A stretch of 64,000 nucleotides of DNA from NCBI GenBank assembly GCA_043228905.1, contig JBHGNT010000003.1, positions 1,674,001 through 1,738,000 of the forward strand. The letters are read 5' to 3'. Position numbers and translations under genes: made by a program. The notes below the pieces were generated by a model. That model made no database searches. It was not told where the DNA came from and saw only the letters and a list, made by a program, of their open reading frames with translations. Origin of the DNA: Azolla caroliniana. Taxonomy: Eukaryota > Plantae > Polypodiophyta. Below are positions 32,951 to 47,107 of the stretch, piece after piece; positions within the stretch are counted from its first letter, which is position 1, and every line of letters starts with the position of its first letter.

Positions 32951-35900
32951 GATAACAGATTATATATTATAAGAAGAGTAAGTACAAAAGGGCTATGAGG
33001 CTAAAGACTGGCGTTGAACCAATTTGGTTCAACATAATGCCTAGTGCCCTCTTTTATAGTGTTCTCAGGAGTAATCCTGAAGCTTCTAGAATGTTCCAGA
33101 GAAATCTGGAATATACATTAATTTCCTATAATAAAATGTAAATGAAAATAATATCTTATGTATTACAATAGATGATATAATGGACAAGAGCTCGACCCAT
33201 ATAACCTAAGGTCATGGGTTCGAGTATTGCCATATCATGACACTATCCCCCCTTTAAAACGAGTGTCACAAGTCGTTTTGGATGGAGGACCCGGTTTGTG
33301 TGGATATTGACGATGGAAGTCTTCAAGAAGCGCACGAGCATTGGTCACATTCTCGATCGGTTCCCAAGTACGTTCGCTGGGACTATAGCCTAGCCAATCG
33401 ACTAGATAGTAGAGCTTGTTGCAAACAATCTTGGAATCAAGGATGGCAGCAACCTCGTACTCTGGTCCATCTTCAAGCTCGATCGGGGGTGGAGGTTGTA
33501 TAATACGTCCTAGGATGGTGCTCTCGTGATAGGGTTCGAGGAGAGAACTATGAAACATCGGATGTATCCGAAGTTGAGGAGGTAGATCGAGACGAAAAGC
33601 GACATCATTAATCTTTCCGATAATACAGAAAGGACCTAATCGCCGATAATCCAACTTCTCACATGGGCGAGTAGTCTTGATGTGTCGTCGTAGCAGCCAC
33701 ACCCGATCTCCAATGTTAAAACTAGATGGAAGTCGATGACAATCCGTGTAGACCTTGTGTGTTTGTTGAGCTTGTTGGAGATGAGTAGATAAATCTGCTT
33801 GTATCTTGCATAACTGCTCCAAATGATCCTCCGCGTAAGGATTTGTGGACACCTTTGGGGTTTCAAGTACACTCCACCGAGGGTGACATCCCGTATAAGC
33901 ATAAAATGGCGTAACTTTAGTCGATGCGTGGATAGAGTTATTATAGGCAAATTCGGCGAAGTGGAGAATATCTACCCAGTCATCCCGATGATAGTTGAGA
34001 AAGCACCACAGATACTGCTCCAGCGTTTGATTTGTTCATTCGGCTTGGCTGTCGATTTGTGGGTGGTAGCTGGAGGAGAGGTTACAAGTGACCTTGAGCA
34101 TTTTAAAAAGGTGCTTCCAGAATTTTAACACGAACTGGGATCCACGGTCGCTGACGATACTATCGGGAAGTCCATGATGCCGACATACTTCACGCATGAC
34201 AATTTTGGCGGTGTCTTCACTGGAGATTTTCTTAGTACATGGCAAGAAATGAGCCATCTTCGTATATCGATCTACCACTGTTAGAATCGCATTGAACCCC
34301 TTAGAGACTGGAAAATCTGTGATGAAGTCAAGAGCAATGGATTGCCACGGCTTGCTTGGAATTGGTAATGGTTCTAAGAAACCATATGGATGATGCCTTG
34401 TCATTTTCGCTCTACAGCATGTATCACAAGTCCGAACAAAATCTTCGACAAAATGTCGCATACGGGGCCACCAGAATGATCGTTGTACTAAATCTAATGT
34501 TTTAGTACTACCAAAATGCCCAGATTTATGTGTCATGACAGTTTTGTACTACTCGAAGGCGGCAAGAACCATTAGGAACATACAAAAGTTCTTTAAAGAA
34601 GAGTAATCCATCATGGTATGTGAATTGTCGATAGTCTGTACCTGGTGGTTGTGACTGTGAACACGACGCTCAAGAGGGATCAATTTGTGCTAGTATAGCT
34701 TGGGCGAAAGCATCTGTCTTCAGGTCCTCACGTATGATATTGATAACGTGGGAATCCATGGGCATGCCAAAAACTTGTGTTGCTTGCAGTCGTGCCGGTC
34801 CCAAGATTACTTGCTTTTGGTTATCGAAAGCCGGCTCGCCGGGACGCGGCGTTAGATACGAACGTCGTGATAATGCATCTGCCTTCCCTTGGTGCTTCCC
34901 CGGACGATATGTAATTTTGAAGTCGAAACGCGTGAGGAAGTGGGCCCACCGAGCTTGACGTCGATTTAACACACGAGCATCTTGAAAGTAGGCAAGGTTT
35001 TTATGGTCACTGAATACGGTGACTTGATGAGAGGATCCCTCTAAAAAATGCCTCCATTGCATAAACGACTCCACTATTGCCAATAACTCCTTATCATGAA
35101 TTTCGTAATTGATTTCGGCTGCGTCAAACTTGTGTGAGTGAAAAGCCACAGGATGTAGCTTCTCATCATGACCCCGTTGTGACAGAATGCTCCCCAATGC
35201 GAAATCTGATGTGTCAGCTTCGATAATGAATGGTTGTTCCGGATCAACATGAGCTAGAATTGGAGCCGATGTAAATGCCTATTTAAGACTCTCGAAAGCC
35301 ATATCTGCTTCTTCAGACCAAATGAACGATTGTCCCTTCCTGGTAAGTTGTGTGAGAGGCAGAACGAGCTCTGAGTAATCTTGTATAAACTTCCGGTAAA
35401 AATTGGCAAAGCCTAAAAAGCATTGCACATCCCGCACCAAGCGCGGGGCCTGCCATTCTACCACCGTCTTGACCTTAGCTGGGTCCATGGAGATGCCTTC
35501 TGATGAAATGACGTAGCCGAGAAATTCCACCTGGTTGCACCCGAAACTACATTTTTCTAGCTTTGCGTAAAGACCATGTTCTCGAAGTCGTTTTAGTACT
35601 AACAATACATGAGAATCATGCTCTTCTTCGGTCTTTGAATAAACCAGTAGATCATCCAAGTAGATGACACACATCCAAGAGATCTCGGAATATATCATTT
35701 TCCATGTGCTGGAAGACTGTTGGCGCATTAGTGAGGCCGAACGGCATGACCGTATACTCGAAGTGCCCATATCTAGTGCGGAATGCGGTCTTCCATTCAT
35801 CTCCTGGTCGGATCCGTACGAGGTTATAGGCCTCCCGTAAGTCGATCTTTGTGAAGAACCTGACACCATTTATCCGTTCTAAAAGACTTGAGATAAGGGG

Positions 35901-38158
35901 AAGTGCATACCTATTGCGGATTGTAACTTTATTCAAGCCACGGTAATCTACCACCAGACGAAGTGAGCCATCCTTTTTCTTGATGAAGAAAATGGGTGCG
36001 CCGGCTGGAGATTTTGAATGTCGAATGAATCCATTCTCCAAATTCTCCTTTATATAGGCTCGAAGGACTTCCAGCTCGGTTGGTGACAAATTGTAGATCG
36101 GTCCCCATGGTGGCTCTTTCCCCGGTTGTAAATCGATGGGGCAATCATATGGTCGATGTTGAGGAAGCGTATTGGCTCGTACTTTATCGAATACATCGGC
36201 ATAATGATGATACTTCTTTGGAAGCTGAATGGTGGACTCCTCTTTAATGGTGTCGGAGGGTTTTAGTGATATTGCGAAGAGAAACATTTCTTCCTTGCGT
36301 TCTTCTTCCCGCAACTGATGTAGTGAAATGGTGGCAATCTTCTTAGTAGATCCTCGGGTTTGTCGACACTGGATTTCTCTTGTTCTCCAATCTATGTCTA
36401 GGTTATGTAACTCGAACCATGGTAATCCCAAAACGATGGGATGTTCTGGGATACTAATAATGTTAAATGATACTACACATGTTAAGTTATCTAGGACAAT
36501 ATTAACGGGTTCTAACTCTTCTACGATATTTCCGGAAACAATGGGACGACCATTAATGACGACTATAGAGGCTAGATACGGGATTTTTCTAAGAGATATC
36601 TGATGAGCTTGGGCAAAATTCCTATCCATAAAGCAAGAATTCGCTCCGGAGTCTAGAAGTGCTAAGACGTGTACTGGAGGGGTACTTTTAGTACTAACTG
36701 TTACTTGGGCTACGAACACATTGCTAACTTGCTTAGAGGGAATGGAACCACTAATGGGTTGCACAGATCTAGGGTTGTCCAACCAAACGGCTCCTATTTT
36801 GGCTGGACTTAGTCATTTAACTCTTCTTCTAACTAACTAGTACATCAAATTTGTTCGCTAGATCTAGGCTATGAGTACTATTAGTACTATCAGATATCCC
36901 TACTGTAATAGGCTCGGGTTTAGTACAATTAGAACTAGCAACTATTTGGTTTCCCTGTCTTCTTGGCATATGGGGACAATTTATTGCAATGTGTCTTGGT
37001 CCACCGTAGTAAAGACATAGTCGATTTGTTCGGCGTCGCTGCTTTTCTTCTTCGGATAATGGTCCTCGACGACATGTAGTGTCAATCTCCATCGGAGTCG
37101 GAGTATTCACTGGAGGCGCATTATAGTACTCCCTGGGTAAAGGTTTTGCTACCATTGAGGCGTAGGTGCGCTTTGATCTTGCCCTCGGCATCTGTAGTTG
37201 TCGTTCCGAACGTCGCTCAAAGAGGCGGTTATCACATCTCACCGCGCAACTGATTGCTTCTGTTAAGGACTTTGGCTCTTCAGGGAAAGTCAAGAGTAAA
37301 TCCTTGACATCGTTGCGTAAACCATAACGAAATTGCTCCATCAACGCTTGATCATCCCAAGGGATGTCAGCGGCGAGTAGGCGGAAATCTGCAACATATG
37401 CGGAGGCTGGACGATCTCCTTGGCGTAATCGCCGGATTTAGTTGATTGCGGTCCTTATGTTGTCAGTATCCCCAAAGCATGCTTTAAACTCACCTATAAA
37501 CTCTTCAAAGTTGTTGAGTAATGGAGACTCCTTTTCCAACAGTGGAGCGAACCATGCCAACGCTGAGCCACTTAACAGCGTCCCTACTAAACCCACTCAT
37601 GATGCATCGGTAGGATATCGGGAAGGATGCATTTGAATAACTAATCGTACCTGATTAAGGAACCCTCTAAACTGCGATCGTGTTCCATCGAACTTCGTGG
37701 GAAGGCCAATCTTGGGTTCCTTATGAATCCCTTGTGTTCCAGGGCCTTGTTGTTGCATCGCTACGATGGTTGCTTTGAGTTGTTGCACGCGTAATGCAAG
37801 TTCCCCATGTTGTTGTTGCGTTTGCTGCTTTTCTAAGGAGATTTGTTGAAGATCCCCCAGCAACCGTTGATTTTCTTGTTCCAAAGCAAGGAACTTCTCT
37901 TTCAAGCATTGAAACTCCGAGAAAACAGATTGATATTCCTGAGCGCTAATTGTGGCCATGGGATGAACAGAAAAGAGGAATAAGAGATTAGTATGAAGGG
38001 AGAGAGATAGAAGGGAGAAATTGGTTCAAACTGTCAGGAATAGTACTAAACAAAGAGAGGATTAGTACTAAACAAAGAGAGAATTAGTACTAGAGAAGGG
38101 AAGTACTATTAGAACTAAGAGGACGGGACTGCGTAAGACTCCCGAGAGAGGAAGAGAG

Positions 38159-38198
<40 letters not shown>

Positions 38199-38519
38199 TG
38201 AGGACGAGAGAGAGAGAGAGAGATGATGATAACAGATTATATATTATAAGAAGAGTAAGTACAAAAGGGCTATGAGGCTAAAGACTGGCGTTGAACCAAT
38301 TTGGTTCAACATAATGCCTAATGCCCTCTTTTATAGTGTTCTCAGGAGTAATCCTGAAGCTTCTAGAATGTTCCAGAGAAATCTAGAATATACATTAATT
38401 TCCTATAATAAAATGTAAATGAAAATAATATCCTACGTATTACAATAGATGATATAATGGACAAGAGCTTGACCCATATAACCTAAGGTCATGGGTTCAA
38501 ATCTTGCTATATCATGACA
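32783..38519 (-). mobile_element. Gypsy chromovirus D (Tcn1-like), full length but degenerate
   Basis: LTRs 32783-33242 and 38032-38519, TSD AACAT, PPT, gag 37959-36829, protease LLDSGA, RT YLDD, RNaseH, integrase, chromodomain YEVAAILD..YLVDWLGY..TWEP. Confidence 0.95.
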
Positions 38520-38524
38520 AACAT

Positions 38525-39470
38525 TGAATATGACAATTCGAGTACTTGCATATACAGGTCATAAATGGATTGTAGATCCCGATTCGATCAAAGTACAACC
38601 AGAATGGCACATATGTATATGCACGAAAGCACATGGCTACGGCAGGTCAATTACGACCCTTTGCAATGGACGTGGCGAAATCCTTATGTGGGTCAAGGAA
38701 GCAAAGTCAACCCTTTCTTCCAATTCTAGCCGCTCGAACCGCCCGAGAGCCGGCTGATGCAAAGGTATGGCATACATGTCATGTTCCTCATACAACTATG
38801 AATCACTAAGTTTTGGCAAGAACTCTGGAAACAATAACATGCTAGACGAATTACCATGTTCCAATGGTTATTAATACATAAGTCACTACCGATTGGAGCG
38901 TGGCAATGTGGAAACCTTAGCTCTCCTACTTGTGTACCATGCCAAATGCAATTGAATAAATTTGACATGCCCTATGGGACTGCCCGGGGTTGGCCACCTA
39001 TTGCAATTGTGCTAGGTGCAAGGCACAATCAAGTGGGGAAATGTATGTTGGTTATCATGGCAAGCCCCAGTTGACAAGTACGAACATCAAGAGGAGGCAA
39101 TGACTATGGTGATAAAAGCACAAGAGATTCTTTTTTCCATCATTGACAATATCCACTCAACTCCTATTAATGCCAAATCGCAAGTTGTGTTGGAATTGGT
39201 CAGCCCAATAACTCGTTGGATTCTATAGAAACAACGGTGTAAACAAGTTCTCTCCAACCAAACCGTGCATCTAGTAATCTTAATGGAAGAGATATGGAGT
39301 GAAGTTGTAGCCACGTTAAAGAACCAATACGACAACCTCACGGGCAGATCCAATCGAGTTGAAAGACAACGACTAGCCTTCATCCAACCATGGTCGCCCT
39401 CTCCCTTTCTTGAGTCAGTGGGCATCCACATAAGATGGAATTATCGTGTCCCTACAGGGATTTGTAAATA
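38525..39470 (+). pseudogene. 3' continuation of the plus-strand LINE (zf-RVT region)
   Basis: FQWLLIHKSLPIG..CVPC motif and W-rich tail resembling 6089-7269. Confidence 0.7.
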
Positions 39471-42400
39471 ACATTCTCATCTATACAATTTTATAACCAA
39501 TGGCAGGAGTTTTTTTTTAAATAAATAAATATCATTTTGGCAATTGTCATGGACTTCATTTAGACACTTGAATGACTCAATGTTGTTCAAAGGTGAGAGA
39601 CTCTTGAGATGAAATTCTTCCATGCAACCTACATCAAAGTTACACCTAATAGTCATGTTTTCTAGGCGCACCAAGATTGAAACAAAGAAGATGGAATCCA
39701 AGATTACATTCATCACATTGAAATTATGGATCTTCTCACCATGGAATGATTCAGAACAAACTAAGCAGGGGTAGAGTTCGGAGAACTTAGATGCACCTAA
39801 TGAAAATGCCTATGAACATAGCCAAAATGCTTATCAATGCTTACAAAAATTAAATGTGTTCTATTTAACACCTCTTTTTAGTTCCACCATTGGCAAGTTA
39901 TAAAACAAGGTTTTTCTTGAGATATGATGCTACATTAGAGAAATTTTATGGTGTACATATGTGTGCCATGTAATCCACATTAAAAGTAACACTTGTCCTA
40001 TAGATTATTCTTATAGTGGACTTGTAGCACACCCAGCCTCGCCTTGTACTGTGTTTACTATGCTCCACATATAAAGGTGATTCAAACTATATTCCCCTTA
40101 CCCACATGCCACTCCTCCCTCCCTCCTTAAAATCACAACTTTGAATAAACTTAATTGCTTCATTTTCATTTAAATTTATTGTGCTGCAAGTTTTGAAGGT
40201 ATCAATTATTTGCGAAGAGGTGCTCCTCATAAAGTTTATAAACCAATGTCTTAATCAATAAAGCTATCAAAATCCTAGGACAACGTTTTCTACATCGGTC
40301 ACAAGCTTTCACCGTTTGTTTTGTATTATTATGGTATTTCTTGGTTCTTGTAATTCGTGATGAAGTCAATAATAGAGAGACGTCAACTTTTACCAATGAG
40401 TGAATATTCATGTCACCTCATAGAGTGTAGTTATACATGCAGTCAGCATTAACAAAAAATGTTGAAGTCAATATTTCACAAGCTAAAATGGAAAGGCCTA
40501 CATAGCCTATCAAACTTGTACTAAAACCCACCAAAACATGTAAATTTTGGCCATAAACCCTTTTGACAACTTCATTCATTTTTCTATTGTTTGCAAATAA
40601 TATTTTCGAAATCAGTTAAGCATACAATCTCATAAGCCTTGATTAGTTACTTCCTTATGCTTAACTACAAGAACATACGGCTATTCTATTGTAACACTAT
40701 AATAAATAGGAGGGCTTCTAAATAAATAAATATACATTGATGGGAATAGGCAACCTCTTGATATTGTTTGTTCATTTATCAATAGATTATAGCACCATCA
40801 TTGACAATGAGCTTGTCTTCAGATTTTTTATATAGAAACAGAAATCAGAACTCTTTGTTGGTTTTCTTATGAAACTAGCACTAGTATAAGCCTAAAATTT
40901 ATGGCTTAAAGTTATTGACATGACATTCAAAAGGTAAAGTATCCAAAGCCTTGAAGAAAATATACATTGATTCAAAGTAGTGTGCTTGTTGTCCGCCCCA
41001 TAACATTCCATCTCAATAATACTATGCACCATGAGAGGATGTAATTAAATTGACATCTACCAGTACTAATTCATGACCACATAATACATACGGCCATTAT
41101 ATTTCCTCCGACATTTGATATTTTGGACAGACACACTCTAAAAGGGTATGGAAGGGAGCATAGTGCCATGTACAGTGGCTTGATATTTTCCAATTATGGC
41201 GGTACCCACCACATCCAACAATGATGCACATAACATGGTCCACTATTTTCCAATCATTTTCTATACCCATACATGTTTCATTAAACCACGCCAAGTAGAT
41301 GCCACCTATCGTTATACAGATGGCAAGATTAATAATGGGATTGTTTTTCTCACATGGAAGGATAAAAGAAAGATGAGTCAAGTTTGCTAGCAAACATGGA
41401 AACATGGTAGAAAGATAAGGGGAGTTTCCTAGGAATCATCCTGATATTCCACTTTATCTTGGTATCCATCTTATGGATGAAATAACCAATTGTAATCACT
41501 GAAAGACTTCATTGGACAACACACTTGATGGAAAGAACCCATAGCATTAGCATGGTTTGTTCCAAAAGTCAATTCATTTTATGTGTACAAGCACTAGTCT
41601 ACCTCACCTTGACTATGGACTGATGAGGGCAACCCATGTACAAGCATCCAAATGTGACACAACCAATGTGAAAGGTACAAGATATATGCATAGAAACACA
41701 CAACCAAATTAAAATTAATATCAATTATGGGAACACAAGGATCAATCTATCCTATTAATATCCTTGAGGATGGATATGAAAGAATGAAAATAACAACATT
41801 ATGACAAACAATCATTTGGCTTATGGACTTAATATGAATTTGTCTGATTGTACAACTTATACGGACTTTACATGCATTTGTATATGATAGTATGACATGT
41901 AGATAGTATACATGGTTATCATAACACAAGCATTCAAGGTATATATATTTGGCCGAGATTCCAATTAATGAGATAATGATCACTTTCTTGGTCAAGGCCA
42001 AGTTACCACACATATAACTACTGCCAAAATAATTTATAGTTATCATACGCTATCATATAGCTACGACTCTTATCATATATATAGCTAGCCCCCAAATTAT
42101 CTAGTCATCATGTAGCTATGACTTCTGAGTTCCAATAATATTGTTTCACTACAACTTATGATTGAGCTCATGATCTTCTAGTTATTATGCTGCACATACA
42201 CCATTACAATGACGCAATTCTGACAAATAATTTTCGAGCAAATTGCTTAACATAAAACAAAGGGTGCTACAGATTTTTTCTTCCAAAGATTTTCCAGAGA
42301 GAATGGGAATGAATGCTATACAAGCCATAGAAACAGAACAATGAAAGAATTTGACATGTTTTCACCTGATACCAAATGTGGTTTTTTATTTCCTCAACAA

Positions 42401-42512
42401 AAATTGTAGTAGCCAAGTAAGAAAAGAAAACCAAATAAAGGAAGAGAAGATACCTTAAAGCTGAACCTTGTGTAGCTTTTAAGCTTCACCACTAGAGTGT
42501 TTAGCAACACGA

Positions 42513-43253
42513 TCACAGTATTGTTACAAAAGGAGGTACATCATTTCTATGTCCGGCGATTGCTCGGTATACATAAACACTTTCAACTTCATCCTTGTCT
42601 TCGTCTTTCTTAATGACTTCTACTATGAGCCGGTTGCGCTTCCGTAGAGCTAAAGCCATACAACCTTGCAATGTTACTTTGCAATCCGACATCCATAATG
42701 ACCTCATCGATTCATATCGATCACTACCCGCTAAGAGAGCTTCATCCCCAAATGGACTATCTCGAATCTCAAGTTTGAATAGGTTTGTACATCCTCGTAA
42801 TACATATTGAAGACCTCGATCACTCCCTCCCGCAAATGCAACTGATAACCTCTGTAGTTTCTTACCAAAAGTTCCTATATACTCGAAGACTCGATCAGTT
42901 AAAAGACCCGATAGCGCAAGCCTTCTGAGATATTTACAATTTCTTACAATGGCTCCAAACCCCTCATCCATTGGTTCATTTGTGGTTGGATCAGGGAGTG
43001 ATGGAGATATCGTTGCAAGTCTAAAACTTTCCAATAGTGGGCAATTTGTTGACATGGTTACTATAGCATCATTTGTCATTTGCCGACAAAAGTAGAGTAT
43101 TGAAATAAGATCTGGGCATCCTTCAGAGATTGCGATAAGACCATCTTCAGAAACACCGCCACCACCACCTAGTGGATATACTCTAAGATGCTTTAAACCT
43201 CTACATGTGGAAGCTACGGCTTTCAGCCCTCCATCCTCAACACTATCCATAAT
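42513..43253 (-). CDS. AFB: TIR1/AFB auxin receptor F-box protein, exon 3 of 3
   Basis: ILYFCRQMTN, MDEGFGAIV, LSVAFAGGSD, KLEIRDSPFGD, MRSLWMS; AG acceptor 43254-43255; stop 42513-42515. Confidence 0.95.
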   Translation of the reverse strand: MMDSVEDGGLKAVASTCRGLKHLRVYPLGGGGGVSEDGLIAISEGCPDLISILYFCRQMTNDAIVTMSTNCPLLESFRLATISPSLPDPTTNEPMDEGFGAIVRNCKYLRRLALSGLLTDRVFEYIGTFGKKLQRLSVAFAGGSDRGLQYVLRGCTNLFKLEIRDSPFGDEALLAGSDRYESMRSLWMSDCKVTLQGCMALALRKRNRLIVEVIKKDEDKDEVESVYVYRAIAGHRNDVPPFVTIL

Positions 43254-44699
43254 CTGCAAGACAAAGGCTGTTAAAACTTGGGCAATCTCCTTACATCAAA
43301 AGTTTATATAATCCAGCATATCACATGCATAAACATCCCTGTATGATAAATGAGAAATCCAAACTATTCCTGCTGGCTAAAATGAAGGCATTGTTATCAT
43401 AAGGATAATATAAACCAAGGAAAAACTCTGCCCTGAAGTTTTATTATTTGCCCAAGTTACCCGGGTCCCTCCCCCCGCCTTCCAAAGAGCGAAAAAAATA
43501 AATCAAAATCAATCGTATAATTGCTCAAATAACTGCTCAATAAAGGGGCAATAAAGTATTCCATGCTGCATGTTAACATATCCACATTAACACATGAAAA
43601 GCCAAAACTCTCTAAACTTACCATCCAGGGATCACTTAGCACAACATCTCCATACCATGCATTAAAAGCTCCAAACTATCAGATCTCAACATCCAGAACC
43701 ACATACACATCTACCTTCACATATCTCAAACTATATATGATCCTTCTGGATAATATAAGGACTATTGTCGTAAGAATATAAACTTTTGCATCTTCTGCAT
43801 ACACCTCTATCTACAAAACATAATCATATTGGATCAAGCACTCACAGTAAGAAAACTAGAACAAGGAACAAAAAATGAGAAATTGTTTCTTCCCTGGCCT
43901 TCCACTCCAGATCTCTGCCGATGATTTACTACAGATATTGTAACTCATAGAGAGTCTAATTCCTGAGTGAGATATATCTTATGGATGCAAATTCATGGTG
44001 GAGAATATGGTACAAAAATTTTGAAGTTTACACTCAATTTCATCTATGTTTCAAGTCTCTATAAGGACCTCAAGGCATCTAATTCCGCTTGAAACTCATT
44101 TGTTTTCATTCTGTCATTCAAGAAAATGGTGCTAATAAAATTGTCACATCAGACTTTACTTGTTAGGCTTTCCATCCTCGTCATGGCAGAGATAGTTATG
44201 GGCGTTTTCTCCTCCTTTCATACATACGAAACTTATTTCTTGAAGGTAGACATGATCTGTATTTGTCCAAATTACCTTGTGGTAGAAGGATTTCCATCCT
44301 TGGAAAAGTAAGCATGACAAATTCAATAACTCCAAAAGTTAAAAAATAGCAAATTGCATCAGAATTGTGGCATTCAAGAGTTTTGGTGCTTACCCACAAA
44401 CATTGAAGGCTTACACATAACAAATGAAAGAATCTTTTCTGGGGAAAGTTAAGATATGCAATAACAACTCAAGCTAATGAAAACTACTAACATGTACCAC
44501 ATTCACATCAATCAATAGTTTCAAGTTTACACCACCAATTTGTATCACGATATTACTAGACTGATTGATTATGATTGGAACCTTTTCAGGAAAGCAATGT
44601 TAGTAAGATCGTAAAATCTAACTTGGCTTGATATATGTAATAAGTAAAAATTAGAAAAATGCATTGCATTTAATGCATTCAAGAGTTTCCAGAACTTAC

Positions 44700-45192
44700 C
44701 CACAATCGTTGAAGGTTGTGACACTGGCTAACGAGTTCAGCTAAGTCAGTATCATCGACCGGTGTATAGCTCAAATTCAAAGAAGTCAAATTCTTGCAAG
44801 CGGGGTAAATGATAGGAAGAGAGCCAGGTCTCACTTCCCAGAACCCAGATAAGGAAGTGAGATTCCTACAATTGCCAATACAACTTTGTAACCTTAGAAG
44901 ATCTTGTGAAGTAATATCTTGAGCAAAAGAACCTGTCCCAAGTTCAACCAGTTGTGGTGCTCTTTGAATCAACGCTTGCATTTGCATCAATGATATTGAG
45001 TTGTTGAGTTTGAGAGATTTCAAATTAGTGCACCTTCCCACAAGATCTTGCAATGCTATTGAATCAATCTCACCTTGTATATTTTCGAGATTAAGGGAAA
45101 CAAGAGAGGTGCATATTGGTGGGAAATCAACTACCCAAGTTCCAAACAATTTTTCGACCTTGTTCTCTGTCAAGTCAAGGGATTTCAAAGAC
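44700..45192 (-). CDS. AFB: TIR1/AFB exon 2
   Basis: LRRs with APQLVELGTG, LSGFWE, LNLSY, LQRLW; AG/GT boundaries in phase with exons 1 and 3. Confidence 0.95.
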
Positions 45193-46574
45193 CTGAAGGG
45201 AAATTAAACATGGAAGAAAGATTAAATATTAGTGTGCAAAACAATGAATTATTCATGTATGTAGTGCAATCATCATTACTGAAATAAGTAGGCTTCATTA
45301 ATCATCATTTAGAAGCATTGAATGTAGCTTAGAAATTACCCAAATTATTCATCACAAGCATGATTGGCCATAATTAATCATTATTAAAAATTATTGGAAG
45401 TAATGATTATTAGCTTCTTAGGGTAATAATTACTCTTCATAAATCATAATTAGCAAACATCAGGACAAATGATGAGGGCTGAAACAATTATCCCTCGTTA
45501 ATCAACATCCACACTCATTGAAAACATAACTAAATCATGAAATAATTATATCATTGAAAATAATTAGTGATGTTTATTGATTAGTAAATGAATCACCATC
45601 ATTAATAATGTCAGTCAACCAAAGATGTTTGGTAGTCAGTAAACGAGTCATCTTCATTAAAGATGACAGTCAACTAAAGAATGATTATCAGGGGGGCTTC
45701 TTTCGTTATCACGTGATAAATTGCTAATTCCAACATTAATCCCTGGATCAAAACAGAGATGAGATGGAAAATATTCAAGCAGCTTACTTGCACAGCCAAG
45801 TGATGAATGACGATTAGTTCACTAACGATTGCATTAATTTGAGAAATTAGCCTTCCATGAATCTAGAACTGGAAGTAATGATGATTAGGGACAGTGACTC
45901 ATCATAAGTGAAATAAGGAAGCCTAATGAATCAGCGGCCATCATTGAAACCAGCACTTCGTTCCTACTGGTGATTATTCCACCACATAATTTAGCCACTT
46001 ATACCACATTAGGCATTGACCGGAAATGAGGAAAAACATAATCGAATAACCATACTTTCAATGCCCTGTGACAAATGGTTATTAGTTAATTAACCATCAT
46101 CAGTAGTGAGACAATTAGTCCTAATGAATCATCATCAGAAGTAATGATGATTAGCAATCAATAAGCTTATTACAACCATTAGCAGAACAGTTGACCCCGA
46201 TTATTGAAAACTCCATTGACATTAACTAGGGGCACTTATTATGCTAACAATTATTAAACTACAAGATTAATCTGTCATTTGAAAACATTAGGCCACGGAT
46301 TCCAAGGAGAGATCTAATGTATATTAATTAACTCAAGCGGATTACCTGGAATTGAAACAAATGATCATTATGAGCTTCTTACTGAACTAATGATGATAAA
46401 TTACGGCTATTTACTAATTATTTTAAAAATAATAATAAAATCACTATTTCAAAGAGACTTCCAAACTAGCATCGGAAACTAATGATGACCAAATCATAAG
46501 ATTACAATGTTAATTCATTGACCCAAATCAAAGACGTGATGGATATCGAATCATCATCATCACAAGATGCTTAC

Positions 46575-47107
46575 TTGCAATGACGAGCAATGAAAGCGAG
46601 ACCGTTGGGAGTGAAACCATCACAAGTGATGAGTGTCAAACTCTCAAATTTAAGCAAACCCATCGCTATTCTCTGCAGACTTTCATCACTAACTGTCATC
46701 CTCTTTAGCTTAAGCTCTTGTAAAGAAGGATAGCAATGGCAGAAGGCTTCAATCCATGGATAAGCATGAGCACCCCAGTCCATAGGTAGTAGATCAAAAT
46801 CAGCAAAACGAGGTTTTCCTTTCAATGTGACAGAGATAATGTTATGAAACCTTTGAGAAAGCTTCTTTGGAGATATGGCATAACAGTTCCCGATGAAGAC
46901 TCTGCTTCTGCTCTGAGCTTCAGCCTTATACCATGATTTGCATACCAGAGAGACATTGTTTCTGTCTTTGTCAGAGGTCAAGAACTTGAAGACGTGGTCC
47001 AGGACATGATCCAGGACATCAAACGGTAAGGTTATGGATGATGATGATGTTGACGTTGATGTTGACGATTGACCTTCGAATTCTTCTGATGTAATTCTTC
47101 CTTTCAT
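46575..47107 (-). CDS. AFB: TIR1/AFB exon 1 (F-box); joined CDS 1767 nt, 588 aa
   Basis: DRNNVSLVCKSW, VFIGNCYA, LKGKPRFADF, LKRM, CDGF; GT donor 46573-46574; start ATG inferred at 47107. Confidence 0.92.
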
